A stretch of DNA of 55,896 bases, filler included, from Basidiobolus ranarum (Eukaryota): assembly GCA_040143965.1 (NCBI GenBank). It is 2 parts of 2 records of this genome, joined end to end, with 100 filler letters (N's around TTAATTAATTAA, not from the genome) between each part and the next. Parts side by side here need not be neighbours in the genome. Positions count along the whole stretch, not along the records: positions 1 to 28,008 come from JASJQH010000118.1; positions 28,109 to 55,896 come from JASJQH010000119.1. One strand, written 5' to 3'. The notes below the pieces were generated by a model. The model was not told the origin of the DNA and did no database searches. It saw nothing but the letters and a program-made list of their open reading frames with translations. Shown one piece after another: positions 22,605 through 35,828 of this stretch (its first letter is position 1; each line of letters opens with the position of its first letter). The position numbers and the translations under genes were made by a program.

Positions 22605-23741
22605 TACAAGTATGAAGCTCACTCGTAAACATCCACTTGGGCTGAGCTACAGTTCAGTGTCTTGGGATGTTGCCTCTTCGCTTTTGCCCTCGCTTAATTT
22701 TGTGCTTCTCAATTCCATTACCATGTACGCATTTTGCAATAAATGTTTACACAATTCTTTTCAAATCCCAAGAGTCATAAGGGGGTGGAGAGGAATGAGT
22801 CGGCCCTATATATATTCGCCAGCAACTAATATAAACTTGAGCATATATTTACGACTCAGTGATCGTATCTAAATAAGTTCACAGCAATTTTAGCATCTAT
22901 ATACGCACATTATTTAACCAATAATGTGATAATTAACGGGAAGGTGGTTGAACAAATGCTCCGCTTTTCCCTCATCACAATAGTAAATAGGATTTTTTTC
23001 AGGTCAAAAGTCCCAGAATTATTATATTCGGAAATTTACTCTTTATTCTACAAGCATACTTACAGAAACAAAGAGAATGTACAATTGAGATATGGTGATA
23101 TTTCTATAGATGTTGGTATGTTGGAGATACTAGCATGTAACATTTCTACTTCAAGGCTATTACCAGGGTTATACTGAGTTGAATAAAGTCCCTCTAGAAA
23201 TCCAAATTCAATCCACCATTAAGCAACTTTACGCACGATTAACCAATGCATTTCAATTACTGCTAAATCCTCGTCTAAAGCATAGCTAGCTTGGACCGGT
23301 TTTCTATACTTGGAAGTCATAGTAACGACTATCGTGATTGCGACTGCGCCGTGACCGTGACTGCAAAGATACACATGTCATTGGATCGGCCTTATTCCCT
23401 AATCTTTACCAATCGTTGAATCTTACTGGACCAAAGAAAGGCACACTTCTAGAATGCGATCTCGATACTGTATCCCCCACACTAACGAATGCGTTGGTTG
23501 TCGTTAATATTTCCTAAAAAAAAATTTGATTTGTTAGACGAAATTAAATTTTTACTTTCTCTGATCAGCTTTAGAGATCGAAAATGTTGATAATTCCTGG
23601 AGCGCGACTAGTGTCTTCTATATTCCCTTGTTGATTAAACCCGAAGTAATTCTGTTTAAGCTTCCGGAAGGCTGCCACATTCTGTGATACCTCACTCACC
23701 TCGGATTTTCACTCAACAGAGACTGTAGTTCACAAACAAAT

Positions 23742-25053
23742 ATGCTTCAAGAAAATGTACAAACTGGTCTCACTACCCAACCGTCAGTTGTGGTTAGGAA
23801 ACTAATTCAACCTTTGACTGCACTTGAACCAAAAACGAAACAAGCCTGGTTGCATTTCATCGCTGGAGGGTATGTTGTTTTCTCTAGTCACACTATTACT
23901 ACAAATCCATAATAACTTGTTGCCTGTATATAGTACCGGCGGTATGATTGGTGCTTCCTTAACTTGTCCCTTGGACGTGGTCAAAACTAGACTACAGGTA
24001 CTTGAGTCTATTAAGGTTATTACTCGTACATATTCTTAACTAACACTTAACCTCTATAGTCTTCGCTATATAGGCCAACTCCTTCCCATTATTCCCACTC
24101 ACATAGATCTCTTGTCTCAACCATGGGAAGACATGTAGTGGAGACTCTTGGACTCTTAAAGTGAGACTAACCTTGCCAATATACTGCACCTAATCACGAT
24201 TTACTAACTCAGACCTTCATCTTGCTAGATCCATCAGATATCACGAGGGCATACGAGGCTTGTTTCAAGGCCTTGGTCCTAGTCTTGTAGGTGTTGTCCC
24301 AGCAAGAGCAATCAATTTTGCCGCCTACGGAAATGGGAAGCGGATACTTACGGAAATGAACGGGGGAAAGGAATCTTCTATTATTCACTTGACAGCAGCA
24401 GCAACCGCTGGTATCACCACCGCCACCATCACCAGTCCAATATGGCTAGTTAAAACACGTATGCAGTTGCAAGCTATGAATACTACCTCCTCTATGCGTT
24501 ATAGAAGTAGCTTGGATTGCGTGAGTCAGGTGATTAAAACTGAGGGAGTTAGAGGGCTGTATAGAGGCGTTAGTGCTTCATATCTAGGCGTCGCTGAAGG
24601 AACGTTACAATGGGTAGTTTACGAAAAATTCAAGTCTTTAATCCACGAGCGTCGCCGTATGAGATATGGAAGCGATTATGGCACAGTGAATAGAACATCA
24701 ATAGGTAAGTCACAATCAAGCTTGTTCTGGGATATCATTTACTTACTAGATTTTCATTAATAGACTGGTTGGAATATTTCGCCGCTGCTGGCACTGCGAA
24801 GCTTCTCGCCGCTCTTGTGACCTATCCTCATGAGGTGATCCGTACTAGAATGAGACAAGGCCCATCTGAGAACGGTCTTCACAAATACACCGGTCTGCGT
24901 CAATGCCTTAGTCTAATACTTAAAGAGGAAGGGTTCCTCGCACTTTACAGTGGAATGACCGCTCATCTGATGAGAACTGTGCCCAACGCGGCAATCATGT
25001 TCTTCTGTTATGAAGCGATCATGCATTCATTTGGTCAGAAAAAGGGGGAGTAA
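23742..25053 (+). CDS. RIM2: Mitochondrial pyrimidine nucleotide carrier (SLC25A33/36 family, multi-exon)
   Basis: WLHFIAGG; TCPLDVVKTRLQ; GVVPARAINF; SPIWLVKTRMQLQ; TYPHEVIRTRMRQ; HLMRTVPNAAIMF. Confidence 0.93.
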
Positions 25054-25136
25054 ATTATTTCAGTTCACAAGCATAGAGTTATTAGAATTCATCCATAGCA
25101 TTCTTGGAACATTCATCCTTCATAAATTTTGAAACA

Positions 25137-25210
25137 TCTTTTTCGTTCCCTCCTCTCCTCTCCTCTCTCCTTCCGTTCCTTTCCCCTCCCTCCCCCTCTC
25201 CGTTTCCGTG
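25137..25210 (+). repeat. Polypyrimidine (CT-rich) tract downstream of RIM2
   Basis: TTCCCTCCTCTCCTCTCCTCTCTCCTTCCGTTCCTTTCCCCTCCCTCCCCCTCTCC. Confidence 0.8.
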
Positions 25211-25630
25211 ATCTGAGGTTATTCCATATATCTTCAATTTAATATATATTCCGTGGTATTCAACATAGCTTTACCTATTTCTAAATATATCCAATATTAT
25301 GCACCCAGTTCCCATATTTAATTATGGATATGAATAGCCACATTGCCTAGTAATGAAAGTCCAATCACCTTTTCTAAAAAGAGAGAATTCGGAAGTTAGT
25401 ATTAGACCCAATTAGAGTGATTCAAAGTTTTGCAGTTAATATCCCATTGAATTGTACCTATTCCCCAAATGAAGAATAATAACTAACAATTTGTATTAGT
25501 ATGGCGTTGCAGTAGTTAAGGAAACTATTGGGAATATAGGTTTGGTTTTTGATATCCAGTTATTTATCAATATATAACTACTATATAAGTCAACAAAGGA
25601 TATTTACATAATACATGGTTTACTTGGATA

Positions 25631-25963
25631 CTGTTAAAGTATTTTGGGAGCCTGTTGGAAGTGGTTTGAAGAATTAGAGAAATTGGTGGTTTTCACTTAT
25701 TGATTTATGGAGTAGAAAGTTGACATTTATAGTTTTGTCAAGATGTAAATAAACCAACATGTAGAATGTGTTAAGGCAGGTCTCAGGAACATGTGTGCAA
25801 AGTTTGCGGCTTCTAGCACAAGTTTGAAAAAATCTATATATCTTCAAACTTCTAAGTAAATTCCTCATGAGAATAATGGGTAACATCTTAGTTCAATATA
25901 AGATAACTAAATACTAAGCTATATATGACTATATAGGTGTTTAGGCAATGCTAATTTCAACAG
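25631..25963 (-). mobile_element. Internal fragment (inverted) of the Tc1/mariner-like element
   Basis: Reverse complement aligns with 5733-6037 and 54861-55177 (TTTGGGAGCCTGTTGGAAGTGGTTTG...ATGACTATATAGGTGTTTAG). Confidence 0.85.
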
Positions 25964-26455
25964 ATACTTGGTTCAAATAGGCATGAGTTTGGAAGTAAAA
26001 AAAAACTCTTAAATATTCCCATGGTTCACAGTACTAAATAGCAGCAGTATTAAAGAGGTTCACCTATCAAATTGATGATGACTCCTACAGCGAAAGTAAT
26101 GTTAGGTAAGTATTCAATAGGCTACTCTGAAGAAAAGCAAATGACTACTTGTAACAAAAAATTGAATAGCTGAATTACAAGATTATAAACTCAGTGCTCT
26201 GTTTGTAAATATATATCAAATATCTGGAGGCTGGTGAGAAATACCTTCAAAATAATTCAAGAAAGGGGTTTAAATCAAAACATTAAATTGAGTAACGAGA
26301 TTTGAAAGTAGATATTGTTGATAGAAGGCTAAAACAGCCACTTGAAGAATTCTTTATTAAACTTTGAGTACTAACAGGTATTTGCATGTAGAAATAATAA
26401 AAAATCCCTTCTGGAATGCTTTAATCCATATAGCAGTTTAGAAATTATACAATTT

Positions 26456-26707
26456 CTAATAGTTGGAGCAAGTAATGAGGGAGCAAGATTTGCAGTTATC
26501 ATAGTTTTTCCAGCCCTGGTATTGGCACTGTACGTTCTGGTCCCTGCAGCTAACAACGCTGCCGCTCACTGAGCAGCTTCTAGTACCAATAGAGATATTT
26601 TTCGAGCACTTTTGAGCGGAAGATCCACAGTCAATGGAGAATTCGGAACCTAAACCTAGAGCTAATCCACAGAAGGCGAAGGCAAGGGCAACAGTTCTGA
26701 TAAACAT
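26456..26707 (-). CDS. Small secreted 8-Cys protein, paralogue B (83 aa)
   Basis: MFIRTVALAFAFCGLALG signal peptide; same Cys spacing as 4416-4661; 54 of 81 aligned residues identical by hand count. Confidence 0.9.
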   Translation of the reverse strand: MFIRTVALAFAFCGLALGLGSEFSIDCGSSAQKCSKNISIGTRSCSVSGSVVSCRDQNVQCQYQGWKNYDNCKSCSLITCSNY

Positions 26708-28008
26708 TGTGTTAGTTATAGGTGGGTAGACAGCAAGTTGATTGTAAGACTTTTGAATCATGAACGTTCTTTTATGTCAATGTGGATTGACAACTAATAC
26801 AGGGTTTAGTGTTCTAGGATTAAAGGTAAAGTATCACAAAATAGTTTCTCTAGCCAGACGCTGAATCAGATATTGTAGTTCATTGGTACAGCTGCACTAG
26901 TAGGACATCACGTCTGTTTCTATTCGATATTCTTCTTGGCGTATGCATTTGGATTCACTTGTAAGTTAATATTAGGCAACTATACTGTAGATCTTATTCC
27001 TTTCTCACAAGGTGTCGATGTGGTTGTACAGAAGAGTCCACAGAATTCATGTAATATATGAACATGCACAATGGTACGTCGGACAGTGTACAGCTTAAAA
27101 AGAGATTAATAATTGCGTAGTATTTCGCATCGGTTCAAGATGTCTATCTTGTAGTAAGAGCCAATTTAAACGTAAATTTACTTCGAACATATCTTTTATC
27201 TAATAACTTCAGGCCCTAATATCCTTTTGACACACTTTTTTAGTTTGTACACCTGGTACAACAGTAAGTACGGGCTAGTCTTGAGTTGTAACTTGACGCA
27301 ATACTATGCATAGAGTTAAATATTGCGTAACCAGATTCACCACTAGAATGTTTTCTCACCATGTAACTCGTAACTAGCCTCTTACCGGGACAGCAATAAT
27401 AGTTTGAAACGACTGGCTTCTTCTAGACAGGTCCTGTAGAAGCGGTGAAAAGAGTGACAACGATGTATAGTTATGTTCTGGAGCAAGCTTGTGTCTGCTA
27501 TCTTTTACTGCCTGTGGTGAATTGGGTATGTTGTGGAATCTACAGGGGAGTCAAAGTATCACTCACCGATACCGCCTCAAATGATTTATTTACATTACCA
27601 AATCTGGCTCTCAGAAGTAGCGTTGCCAACCAAAATTTAATTCCGAAATTTCACCATTACCTTTCAAAATCTTGCACAAAGTTTACAAATCAAAATTCAA
27701 ATATGGGGTATATTGAATACTACGGCTCTAAAAATTGCGAGTTGGAGTGATATTCATTGATTGATTAGAGAGAAAGTTTTTATACCTTTAAAAAATATTG
27801 ATGATCACACCTAACTTGCCCTGGTTGAAAGCAAGTAAGAGTAAAATGAACCATTTTAGAGTTTACCTGGATGACTTTGGATTTTTAAGTTGAACATTAC
27901 TGTTGGATAATTAATCTTTATTCAACATCATAGTTAACTTTAGTTATGATACATATATCAGAAACAGAAAGCAACGTATCTATAGCCCCTATATTCTAAA
28001 TAGGAATA

Positions 28009-28108
28009 NNNNNNNNNNNNNNNNNNNNNNNNNNNNNNNNNNNNNNNNNNNNTTAATTAATTAANNNNNNNNNNNNNNNNNNNNNNNNNNNNNNNNNNNN
28101 NNNNNNNN
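28009..28108. other. Assembly gap with artificial TTAATTAATTAA linker
   Basis: N-run / TTAATTAATTAA (28053-28064) / N-run, 100 nt in total. Confidence 0.97.
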
Positions 28109-28428
28109 CATACTTTCATTGTCGACTACTTCCTCGGAAACCAAGGCTAGCTGTTTTCTCAAGTCTTTTCGCAAAGCTGTTTTCAGTGCTTTAATACCAC
28201 TCATTTGAATTGTCTGCTAAATAAAAACGAATAAAAATTCACACAATAAATGGCAGACTCTGCTAATTAAAAGAACTAGTAAAATTGATTAAAATCTATT
28301 TATCCGATTACTGAAGGAATGGTTCCTGGTGTGTAACTTGCTACCCCACAATAGTTCGTGACTAATAAAGGTTCAACTTGCGGTTTGGTACTTGATATCG
28401 TCTTGGACTATCACGGCTTCTATTCAAA

Positions 28429-29383
28429 ATGGACCAGAATAATTTTGTTGAAATTCTCATACTTGGTAAAGGATTTATTGGAAACTATGTTTATGATTTG
28501 TGTAAAAAGGAAGGATTGACAGTAGCGGCAACTACCAGAGATGGCCGCGAAGGAACCATTCCTTGGACTTTGGAATCAAGAACGACTTTACCACCAGCTA
28601 AAACAGTAGTGATTACATTTCCAATTGGTACAGGTGCCGAATTCCGTACTTTAGCAGAAGAGTATAACAAATTGCACGACATTCAACCTCAGTATATTTT
28701 TTTATCCTCCACTCGCCCTTTTGACAAGCTTAACTCTACCAGACATTCACCCATAGATCCTAAGCATACTCGATTAGATACTGAAAAGGCTGTACTTGAA
28801 GCACCTTTTCGTGGAAGTATAGTTCAGTATGTGTCATACGGATAATGATATATTGATATATTCTTCTCATTTACTGATTATTTATTAGCTTGTCTGGCTT
28901 GTGGGGTGGAGCAAGGTAAGCCATCACAAAGAAATATTGGAGTGTCTTGGATTTAATGCTAAGTAATTTTTTAGACAGCCTCGCAACTGGCTTCGGTTCT
29001 TTATGACACCTGAAAAGCTCAAGAGCAGTATTGTATCACGCCAGCTTCATCTAGTCCATGGTGCCGACGTAGCCAAAGCTATTGTTCGCGGATTGCATTC
29101 GCAGTTCACGCCCGGGGAAAGATGGCTTCTATCTGATGGAAAGGTTTACGACCGTTTAGAGCTTGTAAAATCCTGGAAAAATCAGGACCAGCTCAAAATC
29201 ATTGAGAGTTTAAGAAGCGATCCTGAAGTTGCTGCTGTTATTGGTACACAACCCTTTGATGAAGTGGTTGTGGGTGCTGAAAACATCGATCTCCCACGAA
29301 GACTGAATCCCGACGAATTTTGGGAGCACTTCAAAGTGAGCCCCGACTACTATTTTGATCCTTATTGTCAAGAAGATATATGA
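28429..29383 (+). CDS. Atypical SDR / NAD(P)-binding Rossmann-fold protein (3 exons)
   Basis: ILILGKGFIG; AATTRDGR; VVITFP; HLSGLWGGARQPRNW; LHLVHGADVAKAI. Confidence 0.85.
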
Positions 29384-29601
29384 TATGGAACTTGTCTTTC
29401 TTGTTTAATAAAATGAGAAGTTAAACATTTGGTTAACTATCTGCATTTTGATACTTACTTTTATATTACTGAATTTATATATATAATCATCGCATTTTAA
29501 GAGACGTACTCTTACCATGACCATTTGATCAGCATTGAATTTATGTAACTTGAATACCAACCAAACTATTTGAAACGAATCGTTAGTGGAGACTAGGAAG
29601 T

Positions 29602-32600
29602 ATGTATGCTACTTCGAAGAATATAGCCAGTGGGGCTTATGGTACTCAGGATAGAGGGCAGCTTTGCATTTCTAGTTTTATCGCTTCAACCAACTCCCAA
29701 AACAAATTCAACCATAATGGACTGCCTCTTACACCTTCTACCACAGAAATCCTTGGTCGCTTTCAGAAGTTGCAAGTAGGATATATACTATGAGAACTTC
29801 TGTTCAGTATCCCGAATTCAAACGTTTACTTTAGACTTTAGAACATCCGAATTTGAGTGAATATATAGATCTCAGTAAGGGAAAACACGGTGATTTTTGG
29901 TTCATTTACACCCTGACTTTTGAAAGAACATCCACTCAACAAAATTACTTTATATTAGAGAGGTTGTTTTTAGTGTCTGAAGTATACGATAAATCGTTGT
30001 CGGCGATATCTCTCCAAAAAAGGTATTCTATACGTGGTAGCTCCTGCAATGTGTTATATAGGTACTCAATGCAATGTAAACCTATATTATAGTTCAAGTC
30101 TAGATTTCTTCCAACTGAAAAGATGTGCATTCCAAGTGCTTCTTTCTCTAAAATATCTGCAAGATAATGGAATTGTTCACCGAAACCTTTGCCCGAGCAA
30201 CATCTTATTCGATTCTAAAGTAAGGCACTTTTATGGTTATTTTTTAAGGTCATTAGCTTATATTAGTGCTACAAGGATAATGTCAAACTCGCCGGTTATG
30301 GTTTATATTATGTAACTGGAAAGGGGCACGATGTAGATTTTCCTATAGGGTATGCTTAGTTAATTTTTCAAAGATAATGGCATTGTTACTAACTTGATTA
30401 CAGTTCCCCATTCTATATGGCCCCAGAAGTCCTTTCATGCGGTCATGTATCATATAATGTACTATCGACATCTCAAAGATTCCAATTCTATCGATTGAAC
30501 AAATTCTAACTATCGTATATTTGTAGGAATCCATTTGGTCTCTAGGTGTTATCCTTTTTGAAGCGTTTGTAGGCGAATCTTTTTGGATATGTGAGGAAAA
30601 CGAACTGTACACAATTATGGAAGCTATCCATAATTTAGTGGACAAAAACAAAGAGGATCCTGCCTCGAAAGACGATAACTTTTGGAGCAAAGCGTTCAAG
30701 GAAGTTAAGGGAATTAACACGGAGGCATTAACGAAATTGAGTGAGCATTCAAATGAGGATGAGAAGGTTTTATGGAAATTCATTTCATCTTGCCTGGTAA
30801 TCAACTCAGATGAACGAGCAACGGCGTCACAATTACTTTCCCACCCATTGTTCGACAGTATAATCAAAGAGGGCTTTCCTTCAAATTACCAACTATGGTG
30901 GGATAAGCCATTGCTATTTTCTGATCGATTTTCCAAGATTTCTGATGAAGAGATTCTTCTCATTGATACCTATCCAAGAAGACTGAGTGATCTTAGCCTG
31001 TTGCATGCATATCATCTTTGGAAAATATCTGGGGGAAATTTGGAGCTAGAGATGATACGACACGGAGCCCTTTTGAGTACCCCACCGGTTCAGCGCGTAC
31101 CACGAATTGTTCGCGTTCTTGAGGGTGAAGAAATTGGCTCACACCGAAATGACGCTAATTACTACTCGGATATATTTTGTAAAATCAATCTCGAAGAGTT
31201 GGAGGAAAAAATCCTGAACACTAAAGGAGTAATCTCCGAAAATATCGATTTGGACTATGAACACATTAAACCACTTGACACTCAAGATATTAAATTCCAT
31301 TCATCTAAAGAGCTAGAGAAGAACGAAGACCAAACTCAATCGGAAATCATGTACGATTTCGAAGGGCGCCATGAAAATTCAGCCGTTTGCCTGGAAAGAG
31401 TTCCGCTTCTCATTAGAGAAAGAGATCCTGTTTATCAGTTCCATCGCATTTCACTATTTATAGAATTGCTTCGACAATACCCTGCTTCTCGAGATGAAAT
31501 CATACACCATGCCAAGCTTGATATACCACCAATACTCCGCGGACAAATATGGGCATCTATTCTCGGGATTGTCGGGAATCCTGAAGCCGTGTACGATTCC
31601 TTTGATAAAGAATCAGAAACTGATACCGATCGACAGGTATATTATAGCTTTTATAATAGATGAGTCATTGGAAGTGTTTAGAAAGTGTTTACTAACAACC
31701 AGCTTTTTGTATGTTAGATTGATTTAGGTAACTTTCGTTTGAATCTCCACGCTCTTGATTTAATTTTCCTCTAATTCTCACATATTGACTAGATGTTCCA
31801 AGATGTCATCAATATAACTCTCTGTTAGCCTCTTCCGTTGGTCATGAGAAACTAAAAAGAATTCTAAAGTGTTGGACTGTTGCAAATGGGAAACTAGTCT
31901 ACTGGCAAGGTATTAGAGTTCAACCTTTGCGACTTTAACGAACAGAATTCTCACATAACCACATGCAGGACTTGATTCGCTTTGTGCCCCGTTCTTAACT
32001 TTGAACTTTAGTGACGAACCACTTGCATTTAGCTGTCTTCAAGCCTTTATACCTCGTTTCCTAAAGAATTTCTTTACTGCTGACAATTCGGATACAATTC
32101 AGGAGCATTTAGCAGTATTCCAACATATTTTATCGTACCACGATCCCGAACTCTCTAGCCATTTAAAATCCATCGGGTTTCTACCTGAATTGTACGCAAT
32201 TCCTTGGTTTCTAACTCTATTTACTCGTAAGTCTAAATTAATTCTACCTACTATCTTGGCCTTCGGGTTAGTAACATTTGACCTTATAATAGATGTATTT
32301 CCTCTTCACAAAATATATCACCTTTGGGATAAACTTTTGGTGGGAACTGCCTCTCTACCACTGTTCATGGGTGTCTCTATCCTCCGACAGATTAGAGAAG
32401 TATTGTTGGCAAGTGAATTCAATGACTGCATTGGTCTTTTCTCAGAAGCGTTTCCTGATGTGGATATCGAGAGATGCTTCCACTTTTCTCAATCAATGTT
32501 CGAAAATACGCCGCATTCCATTATTAGTACTATCTTTAAACCAGGGCATGAGCATACTGATGTCATACAAGACGTGCAAGTAAGTAATATTTAACTACTC

Positions 32601-33225
32601 GCTTAAAAGAGGGCTATTCAGGTCTAACTTTATGTATTGCGTTAGTGTTGGTGGGAGCAACCTATCCCGGTCAGTGTAAGAAAATCCGAATTGGCACCTC
32701 GAATCAATATACATGATTTGGTAAAGATTGGAGAGCATGCAATTGTGATTGATACCAGAGATGATGAGGAGTAAGTGAAACGTACGTAGTAAATATACCA
32801 ATGAGTAGTTATTGACCTTTGAGTGATAGGTTCCTTCATGGCCACATACCTTATTCTCTTAATATGCAGCCATCGTATCTTGAAGTCACAGTATTCTATC
32901 TTAAAAAGCTGAAGAGAGATTATCACATTGTACTATCAGATAGAGGTGACAGTGGACCACAGGTAAATTCATATTTCAACAGTGAGATTTAGCGCATCGA
33001 GCCAGCCTAAACCTTTGTGACCATTTATAGGTTGGAGAACTACTCGTGAACAATGGGTTTCCTCGAGTGAGCATTCTTGCAGGAGGGATGGATGCTATAA
33101 GAGTAAATTCGGCACTTTATTCACTATGTTCATGTAGACCGGTGAAACAAATGCTAAAAGCCAAACTAGATAATCCCATTACTTTCTGGAGATGTAGAAC
33201 CACACTTCAAAAGAATACCCCTTGA
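29602..33225 (+). CDS. TBCK: TBC domain-containing protein kinase-like protein (pseudokinase-TBC-rhodanese, multi-exon)
   Basis: [76 protein letters not shown]; rhodanese 'VIDTR...[11 protein letters not shown]'. Confidence 0.93.
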
Positions 33226-33335
33226 ATTTCCGGAGATTAAGTCTAAACTATTTAAAATCGGGATTTTATTACATAAATGGAATGCTTTTCATACTTTCAT
33301 TATTTATTTTATTAATCTAAAGAGAAAGAGTGATT

Positions 33336-35828
33336 TTAATTCTTCTCAGAAATAGTTTTCGATTCGGTATTTGAAGTGTTGTCAATCTTGCGTTTCTTCG
33401 AATGTTCGACGAGTTGTCTAGGGAAATGGATTTTGTTTAGACGAGGTGGAAAGAGGTGAGTAGATATTAGATCAAAGCTTACTTCTTATGGTTGATCCTT
33501 TGCTTATCGTAACCAGACATCGTGTTGATGGTCTTACGATTGATAGGACGTTGTTTAAGATTCTTCTTGTCATTTTTACTGAGATACATCGCGTGAGTAA
33601 TAGTTTGGATTGGATTGAAAATTCAATAAACATATACCTAGGGTTCTTCACTGTTAACATCCAATCTGGTACATCACAACCTGATTCCCTCATTACGTTG
33701 ACGATACTATGAAAGGGACGTTAGTTAATGCGCAGTAGCATGTGTTTCTGATCAAACAATACCTCTTCAGATGTGGAGCATCATCCTTGGTGAAATAAGT
33801 AACTGCTTCACCAGCACGACCGGCACGACCAGTACGACCTGTGCAATAAAACCAATAAATCAATGAAATCCCAATCAACAATTCCGACTCCGCATCCGCG
33901 CTAAACTTACCAATACGATGAATGTAGCTCTGTACTGATTGTGGGAAATCATAATTAATAACCAAATTGACCCCTTTGAAATCGATACCACGGGCCATCA
34001 GTTCAGTTGCAATCAACACCCAGATGCGACCAGCCTTAAAGCTATCGATGATATTGTCTCTCTGATAGAAGAATTAACACTCGGCCAACCAAATCGATGC
34101 AATGATATGGATTCTTACCTGTGCTTTGGTTCTCTCTGAATGGATAACATCCACATTAATTCCATCATAAACCAACTCATGGAACAACTCTTTAGCACGC
34201 TCAATGGACTGTACGAAGACCAATACGGGGGGCTTGATGCCCTTTTGAACCAACTGTCGGATACCAATGAGCTTTCCTTCCTCCTCACCGACGTATACTA
34301 ATTCTTGTTTAATCGTGTCAGTGGCAGCGTTTCTTGGTTACCATGAGATTGTTAGTAAATGCCGAAACCAATGTGCAGAGCAGATAATATAGCTTACTTG
34401 GCACCAATCACTATTCTGATAGGATCTTTCATCACAGTCTTGGCAAGAGACTCAACGCCAGAAGGAATGGTGGCACTGAAAAGGGATTTTTGTAATTTGG
34501 TATATGTACATGAGGCAAAAATCTCATCCATTTGCTCCAAGAATCCTAGTTCAAGGAGTTTATCGGCTTCATCGAGAATTAAATGGCGAACACTGTAGAA
34601 AGTGGGGTAAGTCTCATGGGACTAGGGAATGAAATGCATCATCAACTTACTTATTCAATTTGATTTGGTCTTGTTGAATGGCATGAACCAGTCTAAGGGG
34701 TGTGGAGATTAAGATATCTAGAAAAATGCATCAATACATACATATGGAATCAACCTAATAATACTAACGTGACTAACCAAACTTCTGCTTCAATTGAGCG
34801 TCATGTGCTTGAGTGGCAAGGGAAGCCTTGGTAAGCATACAGATCTTGAACTTCTTTCCAGCGCTCATCAACTTAAACACGTTGTAAATCTGTTGAGCCA
34901 ACTCTCGAGTAGGAGCAATGACCAAAGCGCGGTAGCCGACCTTCTCGGGGCCGTTGAGGTCGTGAAGAATAGGTAATACGTATGCCAACGTTTTACCGGA
35001 ACCGGTAGGAGCACATGCCATAATCTCTCGATTCTAAATAATCCAAATTTACCACGGATTAGTGAATGGAATCCATGCAAAGCATTCTTGAAAGAAACAT
35101 ACGTGAAGCATGATAGGAACAGACTGCATTTGGATTGGGGTAGGTTTTTTGAAACCTGCTTGTTCTAGGTTCTTCTTTAAGAATGGACGAAGTCCGTGTC
35201 TAAAGAATTTGGTCAAGAATAAACATAATTACAGCAAAACTACTCATACGCTTTACAATACTTAAAGGATACTGTTTAAAGAGGTCGGGGAAGGACCGGA
35301 AAGGGTTTGGGATATCGTCACCATAAACTTTGATTTTAAAAGTTTTTCTAAATTGGGCGGCCTATAGATGGGGAGTCAATGTCTGTATCGTCGAATTCTA
35401 TGAAACCAATATAATAATACCTCTTCTAAACTCTCAAATGGACCAATTTCTACTCAGCCAGACGAATAAACAGGGTAAGAGATATATACAAACAAATCAA
35501 CGCGAACTTCTAGCATACCTTCTTCTTCGACCTCATCGATTTGTTCACTCTTTTCCTTGCTTCCCTTTTTCTCAACCTTTTTACTTTTGGCGGAGTAATT
35601 ATTAAAGAAATCTAGCTCGTGTGGAAGTTCGTCAACATTGTTGGTGGTATTATTTTTTTCGGTCAAACTTGGAGTTGGTTTCTATATGTATATTTCGTGG
35701 ATTAATGGAGGTGAATTGGAGTCAGTCACGTTAGCAGATGTGTGACTAACCTCAAATAAAGCGACGTCTTCACTAAAACGTTTTTTATTGAATCTAGCAC
35801 CAGCACCTAAAGCTCTAAAAAGGTCCAT
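33336..35828 (-). CDS. ROK1: DEAD-box RNA helicase Rok1/DDX52 (multi-exon)
   Basis: [70 protein letters not shown]. Confidence 0.95.
35200..35272 (-). other. U12-type (minor) GT-AG intron in ROK1
   Basis: 5' site GTATCCTTT; TTCTTGAC branch-like motif ~13 nt before the AG; it is the only donor in the interval giving the required phase (FK-CA|A-HGLRP). Confidence 0.8.

Noticed and set aside
25674-25886. 70-aa ORF inside the repeat fragment as a possible transposase
   Set aside because: The frame is not preserved in the other two copies and has no recognisable DDE or HTH motif.
27445-27750. 101-aa ORF near the assembly gap
   Set aside because: GTG start, no domain features and no supporting exon chain.
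28053-28064. TTAATTAATTAA palindrome
   Set aside because: Artificial scaffolding linker between N runs; adjacency across the gap is not guaranteed.
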